Shown here one piece after another: positions 12,568 through 25,836 of a DNA stretch of 64,000 bases. How positions within the stretch are numbered: position 1 is the first letter of the stretch; every line of letters starts with the position of its first letter. The position numbers and the translations under genes were made by a program. This stretch comes from Octopus bimaculoides (Eukaryota), in assembly GCF_001194135.2 (NCBI RefSeq), contig NC_068989.1, positions 8,642,492-8,706,491 on the forward strand, read 5' to 3'. The notes under the pieces were generated by a model. It did no database searches and was not told where the DNA came from. It worked only from the letters and a program-made list of their open reading frames with translations.

Positions 12568-14961
12568 AACATACATATACGCATACACAAATATGAACAT
12601 ACATACATGCATGGATACATACATACATACAAACATACATGCACGCAAACATAAATATGTATATACATACATGCATTCATACATGCATCCATAAATACAT
12701 ACATACATACAAACATACATACATGCATACATTCCTGCATGCATGCATACATACATGCATGCATGCATACATACATACATACATACATACATACATACAT
12801 ACATACATACATGACTTTTCGACAGAAATTTATTTCTGCTTTTTAATGTGACCACATCGCTAGAAATGCAGATAGGCATCTAAAGAAACCAAGACCTCGT
12901 TGAAGATTTAATTTGAGGACAAATTCAATTTATCTGTGGCACTACGTCGCTAGGAAAAGAAGGGAAATCATAGTTCAGATTTCATTTATTAGTCAAGTTG
13001 TTAATTTGAATAGAAATCAACATTTGTTGTTGCTTTTTAAGAAGAGATAATAGCAATACATTTTAATACTAAGCTCAATTTTAGTACAGAACATCTACAG
13101 TTACACATCTTTGGTTTCTGGGTAATAATGACGTTGGCCGCTACTTTTAGGAAGTCAAGACAACGGGCATGATTTAATGAACTGATGGTTTACTTTACTT
13201 TTCACCAATGAATATTTAGTCTTGAGCCAATATGATAAATCAATATTTGAATGCAGCAAGATAAAACTTAAATAATTCCCTATATATTTCTACAAAGGTG
13301 TTTTATTGTCTGTAAGTTCGTATAACTTGAAATAAATGTTCTCAGTATTTTCTGGAGACATCGGCTACTGTTAATGAGAGAATGTTATTTGGATACGAAT
13401 AAAGACACTTTGGCAATACAGAGACTATATAACAAACGAAGTTACATTGATAAATCTTAACGAAAGAATTAAAATGCAAAACTGATTTTCTTTGCTTTCT
13501 CTGTGCCAAATAATAAAATTTCTTATGGTCAGAAGCTAAAGACACTCATTGAAAATCAAATATTTGGAAACAGGCCATAGTGGAATAATATAATTTGGGT
13601 TAAATTCTATATTTTAAAAATATTTGCTAAACTGTTGTATTTGCTGTCTGGGACCGTATACGGTGAAGTGATTTTTTGCTGTATGTATTTATGAAAACGT
13701 AATGATTAGTATAATACAAAGCAAATAAGAGAACTCATATGACCTGTTAACATGACGTCACAATCAATGAAATTCATACGCCATATAAACTGACAACATA
13801 TGTCAGGTTAACAAGTCATAACCCAAAGATAAAAGTCACTGATATTATGCTAACTGGGTGATGTTTTTCTGTTACTACATGCACTAGAACACGTCAAATT
13901 CGGCTATTTATAATCCGGTTTCTGCAATGTCATCGATGTAAAATTTCGTATGAGAGTGAAAAATTGCTTTTGTGCGTATTGGGTGTGCAGTGTTTCGTTT
14001 CCTCTTTTATAATTTTGTTGCTTTTTTGCACAAAGATTTCTCCAGTAAATAGAATGCTTCTTATTGGAAAAAGCAGTAACATTATAGGATATCCACAGAC
14101 AGTAAGACCCAACCCCACAGGCAAACGCTTAACTATTACTTTTATGCAAAATTCTGGTTGCGTTATTTTAATTATACAAATTAGGGAGTTATTTTAACTC
14201 CATGGAAAGACAGCTAACGAGGAGTTTGAAGTTGTTATTTATGTGATAGCAACACACATGTATAATAATATTCCATTATTGATGCACACGTCAGTAGCTG
14301 ATGGACATATGTTTACTAACTGGTCAATCGATTCTCTAAATTGTAGCAGTTCTGATTTCAAATTTTATTAGAATTGATAAAATAGCTGGCGATTCAATGT
14401 AATGGTGTCTGTTCAAATGTTTAATTTTATCAGACGCCTTTTATTTCTGTTTGGTCTGCATAGAAATATTTGAATCCTCTTATCTTCTGCTATAAATCTG
14501 CTCTATCAGAAATAACTAATGCTAACAAACAGTAGAAACAGGAGTCTGAAATAAAGAGAAACACACTATCAGTCAATATTTATACTGCATATACCATATC
14601 CAATTAACGAAAAATTCATAGGAATATTTGAAGATAATAAGAAGAATGTTGGCGTGTTTTCTCATAATACTTGCAATTGTATCGTCTACAAAATAAACCA
14701 TTCTTTGATCATGAAGCAAACTTTCTGAGAAACTGCCAAATTGTATCGTACTTTATTCTCCATATCTCCCGTTGTCTTTTTCATGTTATGGAGATGAGAT
14801 ACAGAGAAAGAAATGCAGGAAGGGGGAGAGAGGGGGATAGAGAGAGACTTAGAGTAAATAAGGAACCGAGCATATAGCTAGAAAGTGATAGAGATAAAGA
14901 GAAAAATTGTTATATATGTGGGCGTGAATATAAGTATATACACACATACACACAGACAGAC

Positions 14962-15044
<83 letters not shown>

Positions 15045-15053
15045 AACGTAGAT

Positions 15054-15124
<71 letters not shown>

Positions 15125-15409
15125 AGTGCATTTGTTGTGGTGGTGTATTAGTGTGTTTTATGTGTTGTGCGATGAGGTAGAATGGTACAAGTCGATTCAC
15201 TTATGCCGCTAACTCTCCTCAATTAGGCACGAACTTCATAAATCATGTCTCATCTAACAAAGACCATACGCCAAATTTAGAAATAAATATTCTTTTAGAT
15301 AACCATTCTAGCCAGTTGTAACACTAATGTTGCTAATAACTTTGGAAAATATATTTCCTTACCATTCTTCGAATAGGTGACTTGCATCTGGCACTAATCA
15401 TCATAAACG

Positions 15410-15570
15410 CAGACATGACTATATGGTTAAGTAGACAGCATGCAACCACGCGTCTTCGGGTTCAGTTCTTCAAGGTGATACTTTGGTTAAGCGTTTTCAA
15501 CAATAGTCACACGCCGAGTAATGTGCTGTGTGTGCATTTGGCAGACGGAAACTTTTGAAAATCTGCCATA
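15410..15570 (+). mobile_element. tRNA-derived SINE 5' half (decayed)
   Basis: CATGACTATATGGTTAAG...CGGGTTCAGTTC...TTTGGCAGACGGAAAC; same family as 31431-31574 (-). Confidence 0.6.
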
Positions 15571-15577
15571 CATATAT

Positions 15578-15700
15578 ATTGAAGAGCGTAAACTCGAAAT
15601 GTAAAAGACTTTCTCACTTTCTCGAGTGTCAAACTTATACACATATTTGTTGTTCATACACTTGTCTTCGTCTTTTGTGTTTCTGTAAATTTCAACTATA
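15578..15700 (+). mobile_element. Dispersed repeat, partial copy (family also at 42541 and 59596); possibly derived from a Penelope terminus
   Basis: TTGAAGAGCGTAAACTCGAAATGTAAAAGACTTTCTCACT...TGTCTTCGTCTTTTG aligns with the other two copies. The Penelope assignment rests only on the GAAGA...CGAAAC motif. Confidence 0.55.
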
Positions 15701-15709
15701 TGTATATAA

Positions 15710-16152
15710 CCTGTTCGAAGGTTATAATGGACACAGGTACGTGTGTTCCATAGGTAGCTAGAGGCGATGGCCTCTTGGGGCTAATCAACGGCAGCATTGT
15801 CCTGTTTTTTGGGGATTGCTATGTTAGCTTGGCGAAAACTATTAATATCCAGTAACTTTGCCGTAGTCTCCTTTAGAGCGACTTAGAAATATTACTATTT
15901 CTATTTTTAAAAAACAATGGATGTATTCCACTGAATTCAGGTAAATAATCCTTCGTACAGACGGTCAGTAGCGACGCCTGCTGGGTTCGGCTGCTGTACA
16001 TTCATAAGAGGCAATTACCCTGAAACTAGTCGGTAGATGCCAGACCAGTAAGGGGAAGCGGATAACCTCCCCTGTTCGGAGGTTAGAATGGACACAGGTT
16101 CGTGTGTCACATAGCTAGCTAGTGGCAATGGCCTCTTGGAGCTAATCAACGG
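15710..16152. repeat. Two 82-bp direct repeats (15710-15791 and 16071-16152) around a 279-bp spacer
   Basis: Ungapped manual alignment gives 9 mismatches in 82 nt. Confidence 0.85.
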
Positions 16153-16200
16153 ACTTATTTTCTCTCCGAGGTGATTTTTAATCTAATATTTACGACCTAT

Positions 16201-16631
16201 AAGGCGGCGAGCTGGCAGAAACGTTAGCACGCCGGGCGAAATGTTTATCGGTATTTCGTCTGCCGTTACGTTCTGAGTTCGAATTCCGCCGAGGTCGACT
16301 TTGCCTTTCATCCTTTCTGGGTCGATAAATTAAGTACCAGTTATGCACTGGCGTCGATATAATCGACTCAATCCGTTTGTCTATCCTTGTTTGTCCTCTC
16401 TGTGTGTAACCCCTTGTGGGCATTAAAGAAATAAGAAACGTTAGCACGCCGGTGCGAAATGTCTAGCGGTATTTCGTCTGTCTTTACGTTCTGAGTTCAA
16501 ATTCCGCCGAGGTCGACTTTGCTTTTCATCCTTTCGGGATCGATAAATTAAGTACCAGTTGTGTACTGGATCGATCTTATCGACTGGCCCCTTCCCCCAA
16601 AATTTCAGGCCTCGTGCCTAGAGTAGAAAAG
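16201..16631 (+). mobile_element. Intact dimeric tRNA-derived SINE with 16-bp TSD
   Basis: Two tandem related monomers, each with GAAACGTTAGCACGCCGG...GAGTTC(G/A)AATTCCGCCGAGGTCGACTTTGC. Perfect TSD AATATTTACGACCTAT at 16185-16200 and 16632-16647. Confidence 0.92.
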
Positions 16632-17681
16632 AATATTTACGACCTATTTATAAACTCTCATACACACAGCTGTATACGTGTGTGTGTGAGTGCAAATACA
16701 TATTTTTTTAATACTGATATACCCGTGTATGTGTGCTTGTGAATCATTCATGTCCTTGTAGTGAGTGAGTGTGTTTGCGTTTGGATGTGTTGAAAGATTT
16801 TATATTATCTATACGACTTTCTATTTTCGGTGTCCAGCGGTTGATCATTTGCATATTTTTTTTTTTTTTTTCTCCGATACTGAATAAGAAGCGTAAATTG
16901 AAGCACACTTTTTTACTAAATTACATGTGATATACTTTCCGAAGTTCAGCGAGTTTAATGCAATATCACAGCTACAATACGATTAAGTATCCGTGTTTTC
17001 TTCGCTGTCGTTGTTGTTTTGTACATGATTATAGAGTAGATATTTCATTTTTTCTTGTAAGTAATCGTTACATGAAATATAGATATGTGTTCGCTTGACA
17101 ACATGCTGGAAAGTGTTCCTCTGAAAAAGAAAAGTATCTTCGTAATGTTTTCGTTTGTATTTTTAGAATCATTTTAGAGCTTTAGATGTCTAGCTTCGAT
17201 GTCAAATAGTTTTTAATCCATTTACATTTTCAGTATATTTAGTATTTCGGCATTTTTTAACTGAAATACTTTAAGAACGCTTTTTTATGATTTTTAGAAC
17301 GAGGTTTCTGTTAATGATATCATATTCAGTTGGAGTAATGGAGAAACTGAATCTTTGAATAAATATTAAAGTGGCAGGGTATATAGCGCCGTCCCTGTGT
17401 GTACTGAGTTTAAGTCTCATCTGTTTTACAATCACAGCTTACTCATAAAGAGTTGATAAAATACATCCTACTTCACCAGAGGTGCTCTCTTTACGTAAAA
17501 TATTTATATCAGGTGGATGGCTGATCTCCATAATAATGCATTGTTACTGTTACTGATCACATAAAACACTAGCACGTCTATTATGGTTGTATCAGATTGC
17601 TTATTAAATAGATATTTTGAAACGATTATGAGTATATATCTTTATATTTATTGGTTACTAATCTGAATAAGAACAGCAAGA

Positions 17682-17709
17682 ACCGGGCAACGCCAGGTCA
17701 TTCAGCTAG
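17682..17709 (+). mobile_element. Helitron-like 3' terminus
   Basis: ACCGGGCAACGCCAGGT imperfect hairpin, then CATTCAG-CTAG|T. This matches the hairpin plus CTRR followed by host T. The 5' end was not found. Confidence 0.45.
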
Positions 17710-18039
17710 TATACTATATACAACCAAAAACAACATACATACAAACTTCTATATACATATTTGTCTATATTCACATACATACAAACAAGTACTATTTGTA
17801 TAGATGTAGATTGTTATGTGAACCAAGGTTATCTTAACCCACACAAAAAGTGCAGAATTCAACAGTCATTAACTAGACTAGAACAACACCCTGGTAATTT
17901 TCCAGTTTGGGGCACATTCCTATTCTTGCTTAACTTTATCGGAATTATCGGGATAATCGTTCTCATGGATAGCCATGTAAATAACTTTAACAAAAATATC
18001 AGTTTTTTTTTTTAATTGGAGGGGCTATTGATGATTAAG

Positions 18040-18563
18040 TAATATAAAACTGTCCTGAAATAAGCTTAGAAACACCAACGCAAGGAATACTGGTGGATTA
18101 TTCCCATCAAAACGTCTGTTCGATGTAAAGATAAGAGGCCGGATATTGTTGTTTGGGACAGAGGGGCAAATATATGTACCATCATAGAGGTTAGCTGCTC
18201 TACAGATATAAATATCTCTTTGAAGATCAAAGAAAAAGAAGGTATCTATGGACAACTGCTTCGAGCCCTCCAGCTTCTATATCCAGACTATGAATTCATA
18301 TTTATACCAATAATAATTGCAGCACAAGGTTTTGTTAGTAAATGCTTAAAGGAGAATCTGGATAAACTGGGATTTTCAGAAAGAGAAATTGACTGGATGA
18401 TTCGTACAAGTGCAATCTGTAAGTGGAACAGTAAAGATATGCAAGACTTTAATCAAGTTCCAAATGTGAATTTGTTGTGTTAACTTTATCCCAAAGATGG
18501 AGCCTTGTATCTTTGTTGGAAACCGGCTGCCTCCTCAGTGGAAGATTTATAATAAGAAAAAAA
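18040..18563 (+). mobile_element. 5'-truncated RLE-type non-LTR retrotransposon (R4/Dong-like) 3' fragment
   Basis: The frame from 18082 reads KEYWWIIPIKTSVRCKDKRPDIVVWDRGANICTIIEVSCSTDINISLKIKEKEGIYGQLLRALQLLYPDYEFIFIPIII, a PD-(D/E)xK-type RPD...IIEV...K...Y restriction-like endonuclease. A frameshift leads to ...SGTVKICKT, a stop at about 18469, and an A-rich end at about 18563. Confidence 0.78.
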
Positions 18564-18716
18564 TAGATCTGATATATACTTACATATATACACACATACA
18601 TACAAACGAACATAAACATAGTCACTTTATCGTAATTCATTCTTTTATTAACACGAACTTCTACCAGTTAATATTTACTTATCTCTCTTCCCTCCCTCTA
18701 TTTCTCTCTCTCTCTC

Positions 18717-18758
<42 letters not shown>

Positions 18759-19036
18759 NNNNNNNNNNNNNNNNNNNNNNNNNNNNNNNNNNNNNNNNNN
18801 NNNNNNNNNNNNNNNNNNNNNNNNNNNNNNNNNNNNNNNNNNNNNNNNNNNNNNNNNNNNNNNNNNNNNNNNNNNNNNNNNNNNNNNNNNNNNNNNNNNN
18901 NNNNNNNNNNNNNNNNNNNNNNNNNNNNNNNNNNNNNNNNNNNNNNNNNNNNNNNNNNNNNNNNNNNNNNNNNNNNNNNNNNNNNNNNNNNNNNNNNNNN
19001 NNNNNNNNNNNNNNNNNNNNNNNNNNNNNNNNNNNN

Positions 19037-19090
<54 letters not shown>

Positions 19091-19198
19091 GCTTACGTGT
19101 ACATATTTATAAATCTGTAGACGTATGAAGAGTGAGTCAAGCAAAGATAGATAGATTGATAGATAGATAAATATATGGATAGATGGTGGGTGGGCGAT

Positions 19199-19245
<47 letters not shown>

Positions 19246-20163
19246 GTACTTGCGAGTTAGTTTAGGTAGTTAAGCTTATCATGTAGAAGTAAGCACGTCC
19301 GTGTGGCTGGTAAAATGTATGTAAGTATTCGGTCATTCTGAATATTCGTACATTACTGCATCAGGTTACAGATAAAGCTATTTTCAGTTCTCTTCAATTT
19401 GATCTCATCCCAAGTGGTTTCAGTATGAACGTAGCCATAATATGATGAAAACAGGTCTTTTAATAATATCTACGCGTTATATTTCTCAGATTATATACTT
19501 CAGTTGTCATTGTAGGTTAAAACTGAAGAAATAGATGTAACTAGGCATAGATCAGGTTATGTAAATAAATGTACACTTTGGTTTGCTATGCGACAAAACG
19601 ACAGTCGCAGCGAAAATCCAACATCATTATTCCCTCCAGGAATAAAGATGTTGTATTCTAGCTTGCATGTGTGTTTGTATGTATGTTTAATATGTGGGCT
19701 GGCGTTCAAAATGTACCTGCGTATTTATGCGTATATGCCCCTCCATGCTGATTGTATATTTATGTACAACTTTGTGTATACAGATGATGGTCTACCCGTC
19801 ATCGACTGTACATATATAGTTATGCTTCTCTGAATTTGTTTACGTAAACAGCCATAGTTCCTAACTTTCTATGATCTAATAACTGGAATGCCGAATCTCC
19901 TATTCCTGCCTTTAACATTCCAATTGGAAAAAAACCCGATTTCGTGTCCGCGCAACATGCATGAATATAAATAGGTATGTGAATATGTACCACCATATAT
20001 GTTATCGCGAGACTTACATTTCTTGCCATCTTCATATTTCAGTATATTATCTCTCCAAACATGCATTTGTTTTCATCAACATTAGCTCTTCGCTAAATGG
20101 CTTTATTCAGACTATGTATCTACATTAGGCCAGTGAAATATTTCTTTCCATTATGTATGCGAA

Positions 20164-20237
<74 letters not shown>

Positions 20238-20503
20238 NNNNNNNNNNNNNNNNNNNNNNNNNNNNNNNNNNNNNNNNNNNNNNNNNNNNNNNNNNNNNNN
20301 NNNNNNNNNNNNNNNNNNNNNNNNNNNNNNNNNNNNNNNNNNNNNNNNNNNNNNNNNNNNNNNNNNNNNNNNNNNNNNNNNNNNNNNNNNNNNNNNNNNN
20401 NNNNNNNNNNNNNNNNNNNNNNNNNNNNNNNNNNNNNNNNNNNNNNNNNNNNNNNNNNNNNNNNNNNNNNNNNNNNNNNNNNNNNNNNNNNNNNNNNNNN
20501 NNN

Positions 20504-20550
<47 letters not shown>

Positions 20551-20966
20551 GCACACATATACACCCACATATATGTCTGTATGCATGTATGTATTATGTG
20601 CTTAAATGTATGCATGTATATATGCACGTTTGTCTTGAACACATGCAAGAAAGTAAAATTTCATATGTATGTCAGAAAAATATTTATATATTTTTCTTGG
20701 ATATGTATTCATAAATAAGCATTGTGCTTTAATGAATAATTGTATGCATTTATGCGAATAGGTGCAAGTGTGAAACAGCGACAATACTGTATGTTTGACG
20801 GGTGTCAATAAACACAACTCGACGAAGATATTGTAAAGTATCAAGCGATATATAATACGAGGATGGTGTGATAAAGGATATGTTGTGTGAAGAATAAAAA
20901 ATGGTAATTGATCAGGTGAGCCAAAACAATAAACGCTATTCAAAAGCAAATTATCGAAAACTGAAT

Positions 20967-21026
<60 letters not shown>

Positions 21027-21536
21027 NNNNNNNNNNNNNNNNNNNNNNNNNNNNNNNNNNNNNNNNNNNNNNNNNNNNNNNNNNNNNNNNNNNNNNNNNN
21101 NNNNNNNNNNNNNNNNNNNNNNNNNNNNNNNNNNNNNNNNNNNNNNNNNNNNNNNNNNNNNNNNNNNNNNNNNNNNNNNNNNNNNNNNNNNNNNNNNNNN
21201 NNNNNNNNNNNNNNNNNNNNNNNNNNNNNNNNNNNNNNNNNNNNNNNNNNNNNNNNNNNNNNNNNNNNNNNNNNNNNNNNNNNNNNNNNNNNNNNNNNNN
21301 NNNNNNNNNNNNNNNNNNNNNNNNNNNNNNNNNNNNNNNNNNNNNNNNNNNNNNNNNNNNNNNNNNNNNNNNNNNNNNNNNNNNNNNNNNNNNNNNNNNN
21401 NNNNNNNNNNNNNNNNNNNNNNNNNNNNNNNNNNNNNNNNNNNNNNNNNNNNNNNNNNNNNNNNNNNNNNNNNNNNNNNNNNNNNNNNNNNNNNNNNNNN
21501 NNNNNNNNNNNNNNNNNNNNNNTATATATATATATG

Positions 21537-21602
<66 letters not shown>

Positions 21603-21922
21603 TATAGATATAGAGTTAACCGGAACAATAAGCATAGAAATATATCATAACAACGACCTCGTTGTCCGGACTACTTTCACCGTGCGAGACATTTCTATTA
21701 TTCACTAAAATACTTTATTTTGAATAATATTGAAAATCAAAATTTTAGTTTTTTTCTGTTACATCTGGAAAACTTTGAGAATTAGATTAGACATTAAAGA
21801 AATTTAAAATAAAGATTCGAGAAATATCAGAACCCACCCAGAGAGATGAAGAGATTGTAGAAGACACATGTGGCAATTGTTTTTGTTGTAATTGTTGCAT
21901 TTGGCACAATATCTTATCGCTA

Positions 21923-22073
21923 TATCTTATCACTATGTTGCGCACATACGGTTGTGATGCATGTGCCTGGTGTACCTTCATCAAACGAGTAGTCATGATG
22001 GGTATACTGGGATTGGATATACTGTCATGATGGGTATACTGTCACTTTGATGGCATGCACTGCTCTCTCACTC

Positions 22074-22110
<37 letters not shown>
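21923..22110 (+). mobile_element. 3' fragment with (AAT)n tail of the roughly 550-bp retroposon family also at 51446 and 52990
   Basis: GATGCATGTGCCTGGTGTACC...GTCATGATGGGTATACTGGG is the reverse complement of sequence in both downstream copies; it ends CTCTCTCACTC(AAT)n. Confidence 0.75.
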
Positions 22111-22130
<20 letters not shown>

Positions 22131-22276
22131 TGTTTCAAATATTGGCAGAGAATCAGCAAGGCAAAAACTCATCCATAGAATTTGTACAGAGAACATAAAA
22201 AACAGAAGAAATGTTGCTAACAATTTTTTCGGCTTTGCTTACGATTCTGCCAGATCACCGCCATTTTTTATAATAG

Positions 22277-22440
22277 CTTCAAATTCTGGCGCCTGGCCAA
22301 TAGTTTTTGAAGCGAGGGGCAAGTCAATTACATCCACCATGATACTTGAATTCGATAGGATGAAAGGCAAAATTGACCTCGGTGGAGTTTGAACTCAGAA
22401 CGTACAAACGGAGGAAATGTCACTTAGCATTTTATCCGGA
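22277..22440 (-). mobile_element. SINE (decayed)
   Basis: Plus strand GGATGAAAGGCAAAATTGACCTCGGTGGAGTTTGAACTCAGAACGT is the reverse complement of the SINE core. Confidence 0.7.
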
Positions 22441-22877
22441 AGAAAAAAAATCTGTAACAAGCATGAGCTTAGCTATGAAATGATTATTGAATGAAAATGT
22501 GTGACAGAAATGGCAGTGCAAGTGGCAACCGTTCATACAAATTTAAATTGTATCCTTTTACGCCAATGTATTTCAGAATTCGTAATTCACGAAAGATAAC
22601 TCCTGCTATTCTACTTATATATATATTTCTGCATGTTTTTGTTTTTCGTCATTCCTAAAGCATCTTTTATTACAGAGATTGTTTCTATTTTCATGCCTTA
22701 CATTCAGGTTTATATTTAGAGGTTTATGTTCAGATAATTTCTCCCATTTTTGGAGATGTATTACCATCTGTTTGGGCTGATAGCAAGCTACATTATCAGT
22801 AACTTGCTACACCGGTCATTATTAACGTTGTCAATGAGTTTCATTTTCTTCTTCACATTTTTGTTGCGTTCAAACAT

Positions 22878-23115
22878 TTTCTTCTTCTTCTTCTTCTTCT
22901 TCTTCTTCTTCTTCTGCTTCTTCTTCTTCTTCTTCTTCTTCTTCTTCTTCTTCTTCTGCTTCTCCTCCTCTTCCTTGCTGCTTTTACTACAACTACTACA
23001 ACAATGACAACTACTACAACAACAACTACAACAACAGCTACTACTATTACTACTACTACTAATAATAATAATAATAATAATAACAACAACAACAACAGCA
23101 ATAATAATAATAATA
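22878..23115. repeat. Compound (TTC)n / (ACA, ACT, AAT)n microsatellite
   Basis: Read directly from the sequence. Confidence 0.9.
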
Positions 23116-23948
23116 CTATTATTATTTCGCAGATTCTCTTTCATAGAATTTTAAAATGTATTGTAGTTGTTTATATTGTTATAATATCAAATTAAATAAC
23201 AAATGAAACAAAAGAAAGAAACAAACAAACAAAAAAACAAACAAACGAGACGAAAATTATTATTTTGGGTCAGTTTTATTCATATTTTTAATGGCGGAAA
23301 TATATCTTTCTCTTATTTGTTCGTTATTTTTTAAATCTTCCATGCATCATTTTTTAAATTCCAAATGCAATTAACGTTGATGGCTTTTTAAATATGACAT
23401 AAAATTATTTTTTCATAATTTATTATGGTCATTATGTATATGCCGCATTCATGCATATATATAAATATACATACACACACAAATAAACAGAATCAAGCAT
23501 GTGTGTGTGTGTGTATATATATGTGTATATATGTGTATATATATATATATATGTGTGTGTATATATATATATATATATGTATATTTATACGTGTGTTTAT
23601 ATCTACATCTATATTTCAATCTATCAATATGTCTCTCTCATTCTCTCTCTCTCTCTCTNNNNNNNNNNNNNNNNNNNNNNNNNNNNNNNNNNNNNNNNNN
23701 NNNNNNNNNNNNNNNNNNNNNNNNNNNNNNNNNNNNNNNNNNNNNNNNNNNNNNNNNNNNNNNNNNNNNNNNNNNNNNNNNNNNNNNNNNNNNNNNNNNN
23801 NNNNNNNNNNNNNNNNNNNNNNNNNNNNNNNNNNNNNNNNNNNNNNNNNNNNNNNNNNNNNNNNNNNNNNNNNNNNNNNNNNNNNNNNNNNNNNNNNNNN
23901 NNNNNNNNNNNNNNNNNNNNNNNNNNNNNNNNNNNNNNNNNNNNNNNN

Positions 23949-23981
<33 letters not shown>

Positions 23982-25636
23982 TATATAACATATATATGTA
24001 TATGTTACATTACATATATATGTATATATATAAACATGCCAATGTGTTTATTATAATTATAAATATGCTTAAAACAATCAAACATATACACATGTGTATG
24101 TGTATGTGTGTGAACTTATAGGAGCCCATCACCACCACCCGCACACAAACTCGTGTATGTCGTGCGAAAAACGTAGCACACATACGCTCGTGCACACTCG
24201 TTATAACAATGTAGTTAACACACACTGTACTGGAGACTGACGTGGAAATAGCCGTTATGATTACTGTCAGAGAAACAAAGAAGCAGAAACAACAATTTGT
24301 GCCAGCTGATATAACGCCAAGGAAATATTTATAGCACACCCACTCTCACACATGTCGTAAATAATGTATACAAATATCAGTAATAAAGTACAGCCTCTGG
24401 TTTATATTTCTGATTTATATAGAATTTATATCCTTAATCTATCACCCGGTTTCCGATAATATGAAATAGTGAAAACATATATTTTTTCCAATACCCCGGA
24501 GTTGCTTTCACAATAGACAGTTCCGTGCGGAAGTGTAACAACCACTCCATTATTATATTTCCCTCGTTGCTGGTACTGGAGCATGTGTGGATGGTGTAGT
24601 CTCAATAGATGACTGGGGGCGTTGTTGCATAGTCACCCTTTCTTTCTTTGTATTAGTTCCGTATTTCAGAAAGCAATATATTACATCGTAAATACAATTT
24701 CCGTAAAATACCGTTACGCTCCTAACCGGTTGCATTAAATTCAGAATCTTGTTTTAGAGGCTTGAACCGTTTCCTTTCACTTCATGTATTACCAGATCAA
24801 TTTCTGGTGGCAATAAAATATGGGCTCCTGAATTCGTTTCTGTAAATAAAAATGAAGACGTCGGTTGTGATCCAGTGACCTATTATGGAATACGGGACAC
24901 TATTATGGAGCATTCATGATCCACTTAATATATGCAATCGAAATGCAATATGGTTGGTTTAATCTCACTCACTGTTCATCTAACAATAAACATTCCCTTT
25001 AAGTAAAGTCTATTGCTGTAATCTTTTATTGGCTATCGTTTAGTTAAAGGAAAATGATAAATGCTTTTGACAGGGATCGAGACATCTGACAATTGTAGAA
25101 AGAAGGAAAGCAGTATGGGACCTGTCTTGAATGTTTGAAATAGAATGGGTTCTGCAAGAGATAAATGAGTAGCAAGGTACTTATGTGACGAAATAGCGTT
25201 TCGGATGTCTTCACACCGGATTATAATCTTAATCATGGATTTAAGAGATGAATTGTCAGCATCACGTCGATTTACTTTAAATTAACTTCGGGAAGACGGA
25301 ATCTTCGGCTGTTTTCAACGGCACTTTAGCTAATATAGTCTTCGTTTAACCTGTTGAAACATTGAACCGTAAGAATAACCCTAATAGAATGGTGCATGGG
25401 CAGTATTGATAAGGTTAACAATTACTGATCTAGGCAACATATTCTTGGATGTTTTTCTCTGAAATTTTACTGAATATATCGCATAGCAATATTTCGTTCA
25501 AATATGTTTTTGATTAATGTATCTTAATCAAAATTCCCTGGCTTCCTACAAGGCAATTTGATTTTCTTTTGCAGACGATAATGTTCAACGTTATTAAATT
25601 TACCCTTTTCTTCTAAATCGTATCGAATTTCTGTCT

Positions 25637-25836
25637 AGAACGCTGAGCTAACGCGCCGGTAAACATGCATAGCAGTATTTCTTCTGACCTAACGTTCTGA
25701 GTTCAAATTCCGCCGAAGCTGACTTTGCCGTTCATCTCTTCGGGGTTTGTAAAATAAGTACCAGTTGAGTACTGGGGTCGATGTGATTGATGTAACCCTT
25801 CCCCGAAATTACTGGCCTTGTGCAAAAATTTGAAAC
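25637..25836 (+). mobile_element. SINE monomer
   Basis: ACGTTCTGAGTTCAAATTCCGCCGAAGCTGACTTTGCC...ATAAGTACCAGTTGAGTACTGGGGTCGATG...GGCCTTGTGCAAAAATTTGAAAC. Confidence 0.8.

Noticed and set aside
15712-16148. Canonical TRIM or LTR retrotransposon
   Set aside because: TG...CA cores exist, but there is no PBS, adjacent PPT or 4-6 bp TSD in either orientation.
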